A stretch of DNA of 63,987 bases, filler included, from Microthyrium microscopicum (Eukaryota): NCBI GenBank assembly GCA_010405405.1. It is 5 parts of 4 records of this genome, joined end to end, with 100 filler letters (N's around TTAATTAATTAA, not from the genome) between each part and the next. Parts side by side here need not be neighbours in the genome. Positions count along the whole stretch, not along the records: positions 28,666 to 57,592 come from MU004232.1; positions 57,693 to 59,318 come from MU004233.1; positions 59,419 to 62,441 come from MU004233.1; positions 62,542 to 63,987 come from MU004235.1; 1 more part is not named here. One strand, written 5' to 3'. The number at the start of each line of letters is the position of its first letter. The first letter of the stretch is position 1. Of this stretch, positions 54,701 through 63,987 are shown in pieces. Under the pieces are notes generated by a model. The model saw nothing but the letters and a program-made list of their open reading frames with translations. It searched no databases and was not told the DNA's origin. Position numbers and translations under genes: made by a program.

Positions 54701-57519
54701 CTTATTAAAAATAGCATTATTTATTAGTAGAGGCTATAGAGAATTAGATAATAATAAACCTAAGTTAATGTATCTTAGAAATATAAATAATACGTTAATA
54801 AATTTTAATAACGCTAATTAATAAGATTCTAAGTCTACCTATTTAAACTAGACTTAATATAATAAGGTAGGTTGCTAGCTAGGATTAGATAACTAAAATT
54901 ATAAATATCTAATAGCTAGTAATTTATAGTATATATAATAGGACTTAGTCTAATAAGTATCTAGATTAGTACTTATAATAGAAGAAGTAAAAAATATTAT
55001 ATTAATAGAAAATAATTTGCATCTAACTAGTAATAAAGAGTTTACTAGTAAAGAAAGGTTTACTAAATCTAGTATACCTCTATTAGATTTATAGATAGTC
55101 TATTATAGCTAATCTATCTAAAAGATAGATAATATTTAAATACTTAATAAAGACGTATTAAAATAACTAAGACGCTAAAAACAACGTATATAAAAGAAAG
55201 GTAAGTTTATATATAATATATATATAAATAGTATAGAATACTAAAATTAAATATTCTTTATAGTAAATATAAGATTTATTCTAAACTTTTAATATAGAAC
55301 TCTAATTCGCTATAAAGTAAATATATAACCTAAAATAATAACTCGTATATATTTATTACTACTATATTAAGAGTTTAAAGTTAATAAAATATATAGAGCT
55401 AAACTCCCTAAAACTACCTTCTATTCTTATTACTAATATACTTAATATAAGCATTTTTAATTCCTTATTCCTTTATAGTCCTAGGTAAAACCCTTTACTC
55501 TCTTATATTACTATAGACTTAATACTTCCTACTCTTACCTTTAAGTTAAATTGTATACTAGATAACTAAATATAATTCTAAGTATAAATATCTTTAATAA
55601 TAAGTAGAGACTATATAAGCTTAGTAAGGATAGCTTAAGTAGCGCTTTTAATAGATAGAGGTTATATACCTAAATAAAATAATTATTTAAGATAAGGAAA
55701 TTTGCCTAATAAGAATTATAATACTAGTAGTTATAATATTATATAGAAGCTATTTAAATTTATAACCTTAAAAAATAGTATTTCTAGTTAATATCCTAAT
55801 AATATATATTACTAAGTTAATAGAATAACTATAAGTATTAATAGATAAGATTAGGCTATTTTACTATTATTAGCTATAAGAATAAGTAAATCTAGTTAGA
55901 TAAAGGTATATATAGATAAAAATTAATAACCTACTTATTAAATAATAGAGTAATAGCGAAATATAATATCTAGTAGCTCTTATATAGTAGTAGAAACATT
56001 AGCTAATATATCGTAACTAGTACTAATATAAAAGGAACCTAAAAGATTTACTACTAAATAGGCTATATTAGAGATAATTAATAGTAAAATAAATAATAAC
56101 GTAGAAATATATAGTATAAAGTAATAAAAGACTAATTATACTTACTTCCTTATAAGAGATAACTAATAACTAATAAATATATAGTAAGTCTAACTAACTA
56201 GTAGAACTAAGTTGTTATATAACTTAAGGAAGTAAAGTTTAACTATAATAATATTATAATAATATTATACTTAAAGGATATACTCCTAGGTATCTCCTCC
56301 TATAGATAGGTCCTAAGAGTTTTAAAATATTAGTAAATTACTTAAGAGTAGTAAATATAAAGATATATTAGACGTTAATAATATAAGTAATAAAACTAAA
56401 CTAGAAGATAGCAAAAGTAGCGTTAAGCTAAGTAGTAAAGAAGAGAGTAGACTAAATAGTATAAAAGAATATAAAGTCTCTAACAATTTTATAGTAGATA
56501 TATAAATCTAAATATAATTAGATTAAATATACCTAAATATAACTAGATAATCTAAATACTAATAAACCTAATCTCTCTAATAACTCTTAAACTAACATTA
56601 TAAAAGACTATAAAATAATCTTAATTAATAATAATAATACTAGCAAAGTAGATAACTCTAATAATAATAATAAATAATATATATTATAAAACTATAATTA
56701 ATCTAAAAATATTATATAAACTAAGACTATAAGCTACCTTCTCTATATATAGATTCTATAATAACCTAAAAATAAATAAATAACTTTATTAAAAAAGAGT
56801 TAGATATAAATAAATTAATTAGAGATAAAACTAATATACCTATATATATAATAGGACATCTATAGCTATAATACTATAATAAACTAGAATTATACTATAT
56901 ACTATATAACTAGTATTATATTATTTACTACCTTAATAGTAAGGAAAGATAAATAGTTAGTTATAGTATTAATAGCTTCTATAAATACTTAATAGAAATA
57001 AAAGGTAAAATAAAATAGTCTAAAGTAAGATAGAAAATAGTAGAATTATACTATAACCTATATAGACTTCTTAGCAATTATTAGTTAAGATTATAGAACC
57101 TATCTAACTAAAGTAGATATAATAATATATAGCTATAATATAATAGTTTATAATAGAGAATAGAATAGATAATATAAATATATAGGATAATATTTTATAA
57201 AGTAGTAATAAGATATATACTAACTATAATATCTAAGTAGGTATAGTTATAGTTATAAATATAAAAATATAATAATAATAATAAATATAATAAGTATATA
57301 TTTTATACTACTTTATATATAATAATATAGTATATAACTAATATAGGATATATAAAAACTATAACCTAATAATAGTATATATTATACTAAAAAATATTAT
57401 TAAGTAACTATTAGATAAAGCTAACTATATTTATAGACTATAAGTATAATATTAAATTATATAATAAAGAGCTAGTTAAAAACTATAACTATAAAATATA
57501 CTACTATTATAGTACCTAA
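51782..57519 (+). repeat. 5,738-bp direct repeat, apparently identical to 31500-37237
   Basis: Same 20,282-bp offset at both ends. No differences seen in the lines compared, including residual CpA/TpG sites. Confidence 0.95.
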
Positions 57520-57849
57520 CTACTATTATTAAATATTAAATAAATATAAGAGATTTAATATAGCCTATATACTTACTAAGAGAAAGGTATCTNNNNNNNN
57601 NNNNNNNNNNNNNNNNNNNNNNNNNNNNNNNNNNNNTTAATTAATTAANNNNNNNNNNNNNNNNNNNNNNNNNNNNNNNNNNNNNNNNNNNNTACGTTAA
57701 TATTTAATAAATTATTTAATTAATTAAAAATAAAGTTAATCTAAAATCTATTTAATTTATTATAAAGTATATAAAATTTAAAGTTAGTCTATATAAGTTA
57801 TATACTAAGTTAAATATTTTTATAATAGAATAATAATAAGTTAGTTATT

Positions 57850-60800
57850 AGTAACTATATTTATACTTTAAACTATAAAAAGTTTATAAATAGTAGTTAT
57901 AATAGTTCTAGAAAAAATACTAATACTTTAAATTATAATATTATAGTTAAGTTTTTTAGAGAATTCTTTAAGTATAGGTAATATAAAGAGCTCTTACTTT
58001 TTTATAAATTTAATTAAATAAAGAGAACTTCTATTAATAGTAAAGTTTTATTTTATAGAATAATTAATAGTATTATATTAATTAAGTAATAGACTACTAA
58101 ATTTAAAGTAATAAAATAAATTAAGAAATAAAATATAATTTATTACTATATAATCTTTAGACTATTATAAGTTCCTTCTCTCTCTTTAATTTAGAAAATA
58201 TATTAATAATTAAAATAAAGCGTAATATTAATTATTATAAGTAAGATATTAAAGTATACTAGAACGCTTAATTCTTAGATTAAAACCTAGCTTTATAACT
58301 TTATAATTAATAAAATAAATATTCTTTAGGTAAGATAAATTAGTATTAGATTTTAATAGCTTAATAGAATAAATTAACCTTAGATATTAAATCCTTATAT
58401 ATACTAGTCTAAATCTTAGCTTTAGTTTAAGTATTTTCTTACTTTCTAAAGTATATTACTTATTTTACTACTTCTATATAGTAAACTAGTTACCTTCTTA
58501 ATACGTTTATATATATTTATTAAGTTAATAGTATTTAGAGTCTATTAGCTATTTAATATAGATAATAAATAATATTATAAATTAATTAAGTATAGATTTA
58601 TTAAATACCTAAGAGTTAAGTTATATTTTAGTTTTTAATATAGTAGTATTTATTCTAGCTTTAAAAAATACTTTAAGCTTAGTATTAAAAGATAGCTTTA
58701 TATTAGACTTAATAAAAGTTTTTAGTAAAACTTAAGAGCTAGCCTTTATTTTAAGTTAAAGAAATAATTATAACTTAGTTTTAATAAAATACTTTAGAGT
58801 TTATTTAATAGAATCCTTAAGCTTTATAATAGAAATAGCTTATAATTCTAGGCTTAGAGCTTATTTAATAGGAGCCTTAAGCTTTATAATAAAAAGAACC
58901 TATAACTTTAAATTTAGAGTTTATTTAATAAAAGCCTTAAGCTTTATAAGAAAAAAAGCTTATAACTCTAAGTCTAGAGCTTATTTAATAAAAGCTTTAA
59001 GCTTTATAATAAATAAAGTTTATAATTCTAATTCTAAAGATTATTTAATAAAGATTATAAAATAAGGCGCCTATTATAACTTTTAGTTTAGTAATTATTT
59101 AATAAAGGCCTTAAGCTTTATAATAGAAAGAGTCTATAACTTTAACTTTAGAGTAATATTTAGTAAGTTAGAGTTAATAATTATTAGTAATTCTAATACT
59201 AAGAAAGTATTTTAATTAAACTTTTAGTATATATTAGCTAAGTTTAGTAGTTTTATTTAATAAAATTAAAAAGTATTACTTATTCTTTATATACTAGTAG
59301 GATTTAACTAAGAAATAANNNNNNNNNNNNNNNNNNNNNNNNNNNNNNNNNNNNNNNNNNNNTTAATTAATTAANNNNNNNNNNNNNNNNNNNNNNNNNN
59401 NNNNNNNNNNNNNNNNNNATATAGAAATAGCTTAGTATAAGCTTATAATCTTAAGCTTCTTTTATATAGCCTAAGAATTAGTATATATAATAATTAGTAT
59501 ATTAGATAATAATTAAATATAATAGTAAACTAAACTTAATTTTATAATATAGGATTACTATTTAGCTTTTACTTTAATATAGTATAGTATAGAAATTACT
59601 TAGTATAACTTAATAATCTCTAGCTTCTTTTATATAGCTTTAGAATTAATAAATTTAATAATAATAGAAAGTAATAGCTAAATAAGATTCTATAATCTAC
59701 TTTAGTTTAACTTCTTATATTAATATAGTATAATATAGAAATAGCTTAATATAACTTACTTTTTCTTACTTTTTTTATATAGTTTTTAGAATAGTCTATT
59801 TAATAAGAACTAATAATAATAGCTAAATAAGTTTTAAGAATATAACTTTTATATATACTTAGTATATATTATATTAGTTAAGAATTAAAAAGTAATAAGA
59901 AATACTATTAAGATTAGTTTTAATATTAATATCTTTTATATATTATATAGTATAAGTTTTAAAATATTATTTTCTTTTTTTATTATTTTATATAATTTAT
60001 TTTTTTATTTTTTATTATACTTATTTAAAGTTTTACTAATTATATATTTCTATTAAAATACTTATATACTTAATAATCTTTATTATAATATTATACTTAT
60101 TAGATTCTTATTACTATTTTATTTTAATATTTAAATTTTAATAATACGTTTTATATATAATATAATCTTTTAAGTAAACCTATACTAAGTTAATAAAATT
60201 ATAATAAATTTAGTAGAGTAAAGTAATATTATAAAAAGTAAGATAAAAAGTAGGCTTATAAGAGCTTATTAAGGTTAAGATATAAAGAGAAATAAGGCTA
60301 AGTAAACTACTATATATATTTTCTTAGTTTATAATCTACTTTTATTAGATTCTAATTTATATATTCTTCTTTACTAAGGATAGTAGACTTTTATTATAAA
60401 ACTCTATAGCTTAAGACTTTTTAAGCTATAATAAATAAAATAGAATAAACTCTATAAAATAAACGTTTAATACTAATATAATATACTTTAAATATACTAA
60501 CTAAACTAAATATTAGCTAATATAATAATTACTTACTAGCTAGATAAATAAATAAAGTTTTTAGACCTAATTAAGTAAATATAAGTTAAAGGTACTATTA
60601 TTAAGTAAAATAGTACTTATAAATTTAAAAGTATTAATAAACTTTAGGTCTTAAACTCTAAGTTAGGCTTACTTAACTATCTAAAAACTAGCTTAATAAT
60701 TTCCAAAAGAATAATTCCTATTAAATATTAATTAAGTTATAATTCTTATATAGTATTAAATACTACTTTTAATAAAGCTTTAGAAACTACTTAGAATATA

Positions 60801-62441
60801 GAACTTATAAGTACCTTAAATAAGTCTTTTAGTAGTAGCTAAGTATTTTTACTATTTATTTATTTAGATTTATTTAGAAAGCTAATAAATACTAATAGAT
60901 ATATAAGTTTTAAACTATTTTAAAAACCTTTTTTCTTTATTTTACTAATTATAGTAACGTAATTACTTAAAAAAGCTTAATAAATAATATAGTATTATAT
61001 AATATACTAATATTTATCTTTTTTATTCTATTTTACTTTTACCTTATTATATATATAAACTAATATAATAGTATTAAAGTAGATTCTTTTAATTATAGCT
61101 TTTCTTAAGCTATAAGTAATAAAGATACTATATTAAGTTATTTCTATTTATAATAACTAAGATAAGTATAAATATATAACTTACTATCTTTTAATATAGA
61201 CTAAATATCTATTTCTAGTTTAAGTAATTATTTTCTTAGTAATTATTTTATATATAGTATAAATATAAATAGGCTCTTTTTATAATTTATATAATCTAGT
61301 TTATTAGTTTTTATACCTTAGTAGCTATATATAGCCTTTAAATAACTATTTCTCTTTAAGTTTATTATTATAATACTAATAACCTTATTAATAAATTTAG
61401 TTTATTATAGAGTTTACGTTTATTTATAAAAAAAAGTAAATAAAAACTTATACTAAGCTAAGGTTTATATAATAATAGAGTTATTAAGTTAATTATAAAT
61501 AAACTAACTTTAGCTATTCTTAATAATAAGTATAACTTGAATTCTTAGCTAAATTATTAAAATAGTATTAGTAAGTAAAGTATAATAAATAATAAGTTCT
61601 AAAACTATTATTATAAAGTATATTTAGAAAAAGTACTACTTAAGTTCCTAACTATAGTAATTAATATTCTAAAAGTACTAACTATATCTAAGTATAATTA
61701 ATTCTATAGGAATATAAGTTTATTCTTATATTTTCTTAAATATAGTATATATAAGATTTAGCTAACTTTAAAAACTACTTAAATATAATATTATATTAGT
61801 TAATATAGAATTATTATATCTAAATAGTTAAAGATATTATTACTAAATATTTAGACTAAGTAAGATATATATTAGTTAGTACTATTTAACTTTATATTCT
61901 TAAGATTATTTAAGACTAAGAAACTAGACATATAGAAGTTTACTAAGTAGCTAAGAAAAGATAGTAACTTTACTAGATTATATAAGTATAATAAAAATAG
62001 AAAAAGTAAACTTTATATAAGTTTATATTTTTAAATAAGACTAAATTATAATTATATATTAATAATACTTTTAAAAATATATATTATTTACTAATAAAAT
62101 AATTCTCTTTCTTACTATTAATAATTTATTATTTTATTTATATACTAGTTATAAATATAAAACCCTTATATTTAGTTAAAATAGAAAATATTTTAGAGAC
62201 TATTAAGCTAAAGAGACTATAGAATTATTATTTTTAGATAAACTTATTATATATATTTATATACTTATTAAGCTATATATAAAGACTATTACTTAAAAAG
62301 TTAATAATTTTTAGTATAACCTATCTATATATTAAAGTAATTTAGATTATTAAATAAATAATATAATACTAACTAGTAACTATAGTAAGTTATTAAAAAT
62401 AGCTTAAATAATAGAACTTATAACTACTTTATTTAAAATAA
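57850..62441. mobile_element. Unclassified RIPed repeat, copy 2 (no gypsy insertion; contains one gap)
   Basis: Colinear with copy 1. A single AGAAT at 59642-59646 joins both flanks of the gypsy insertion. Confidence 0.85.
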
Positions 62442-63987
62442 NNNNNNNNNNNNNNNNNNNNNNNNNNNNNNNNNNNNNNNNNNNNTTAATTAATTAANNN
62501 NNNNNNNNNNNNNNNNNNNNNNNNNNNNNNNNNNNNNNNNNTCTCTAAATTCTTTATTAGTATATATATATAACTTACTATATACCTAACTTAGGCTAAG
62601 TCTAGGCATAGTTACTTTATTAAGGTTAAGAAAGTTAGTAATACTAGCTAGATATATAGTAATATCTATATAATACTATTTATAGTAAGTTTTATTCCTA
62701 GTATTTACCTATACTAATAATATATTTAACTTAAGCATTATATACGTAATACCTATCTAGATACGTTACTAAAGTTATTTAATAATAAGAAAAATATTAC
62801 TAAAGCTAAACTTAATTAAAGCTAAAGGTATAACCTATACTAATTATATGCCTAATATCTAAGTTAAGTCTAACTATAGAGTAGGGTTATTATAGAATAT
62901 ATTAGGTTTTAAGGTTAGCAAAAGGCTTCCTTTTATAAGGAACTTAATAAGAAGTAATTTCTTTATGTAAAAATTGCTAATATTCTTAAATAGAAAAGGT
63001 ATATCTTATACTTTATATTAAACTTACGCTAAACGTATCTAGCTTTTTAAATAGAGACTTCTATTAAAAGTATAGTCTATTCTTCTATTATTAAGTATAG
63101 GCTAGATTTATTATAAATTTAAGTTAGGCTTAAAGTTTTAAAAGCTAACATAGAGAAATAAAAGATAAATCTTAGCTATAATCTAAACACTCTATATCTT
63201 AGATATAAATAAGCTCTAAATATAGTAAGTATATATTATAGCTATATTTAATAAAAATAAGCTTATTAATAATAATAGAGTAAAATATCTAATAAGATAT
63301 ATAAAGTCTAGAAGGCTTACTAGAGCCTATTAACTAAAGAATAATATACGTATCTAATAATAAGGACTTACTATAATAACTAATATTTAGTAAGTATATC
63401 TAACTTATACTAGATACGTAAGAATTAGTTAAGACTAATTAGGATCTTACTATTAAGCCCTCTACTCTTAAAGTTCTATTAAGTCTACGTTAGTACGTAC
63501 TAAGCTTATTACGTAAAGGTACTCTAAAGGCCCTAAGTTATATTATATACTTCTAGCCTATACTAGCTACGTAGATTAATTAACTTTCTTAAAAGGACTT
63601 AAATAATATTATAGATAAGTTCTAAATAAATAAAGTTAGTATAGTATATTTTTTATACTTATACTCTTTATATACTTATTTTATACTAACTAAAATATAG
63701 CTAAAATTACTCTTTATTAATAGTAAAGCGCTTAGTATAAGTAGTCTAGCGTTATCTTTTATATATATTCTTATAATACTTTAATAATAACGTATACTAA
63801 CCTTATACGTAGTATATATAAAGTATATAACTATTATTACCTTCTAATAATAATAAGAATAACGTTACTATATTTATTAATAGCCTAAAGGCGTTAGTAC
63901 TACCTAAGGTTTATTTAACTTAATATATATAGTATATACTTATAGTACTCTATAAGAAAAAGTACTACTAGCTTTAAAATATAAAAA

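Larger units (their letters stand above)
1..63987. other. RIP-degenerated AT-rich repeat block (fungal heterochromatin-type)
   Basis: TpA is pervasive and CpA/TpG nearly absent. Duplicated segments differ essentially by C>T/G>A transitions. Only one ORF of 64 aa survives in 64 kb. Confidence 0.95.

Noticed and set aside
31500..57519. 5.7-kb repeats as LTRs of a giant retroelement
   Set aside because: No TG...CA ends, TSD, PPT or RT/integrase motifs were found between them, and the left boundary is a contig edge.
1..63987. Mitochondrial, plastid or AT-rich endosymbiont genome, or an alternative genetic code
   Set aside because: Specific CpA/TpG loss, transition-dominated divergence and catalytic residues mutated (YLDD to YLDN, DCG to DYS) indicate RIP rather than recoding. 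No tRNA or rRNA was seen.
62542..63987. Slightly less degraded RIPed segment at the right edge
   Set aside because: No match elsewhere in the window and no domain motif recognised in the frames read.

Overview
Extremely AT-rich, TpA-saturated DNA with almost no CpA/TpG, broken by nine assembly gaps. This is the signature of fungal (ascomycete) repeat DNA degraded by Repeat-Induced Point mutation (RIP). No intact gene, RNA gene or CRISPR array is visible. Reading codons with C>T/G>A changes reversed ('de-RIP') shows four things. (1) A full-length 7,345-bp Ty3/gypsy chromovirus (19510-26854, minus strand) with 204-bp LTRs, an AGAAT target-site duplication and a -1 gag/pol slippery site. It sits in an unidentified repeat whose second copy (57850-62441) shows the empty site. 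(2) A Upf1/DNA2/NAM7-like SF1 helicase relic (1-~3000, minus strand). (3) A 20,282-bp multi-gene unit (31500-51781) present as one full and two partial copies. It carries a Ulp1/C48 SUMO-protease relic, a probable HNH nuclease relic, several unassigned ORF relics and an oriented short motif repeated more than 20 times. This unit is the best candidate for an undescribed large mobile element, but no transposase or termini were identified. (4) Many codon-multiple tandem repeats. All de-RIP protein readings are manual inferences, and ORF ends are approximate.
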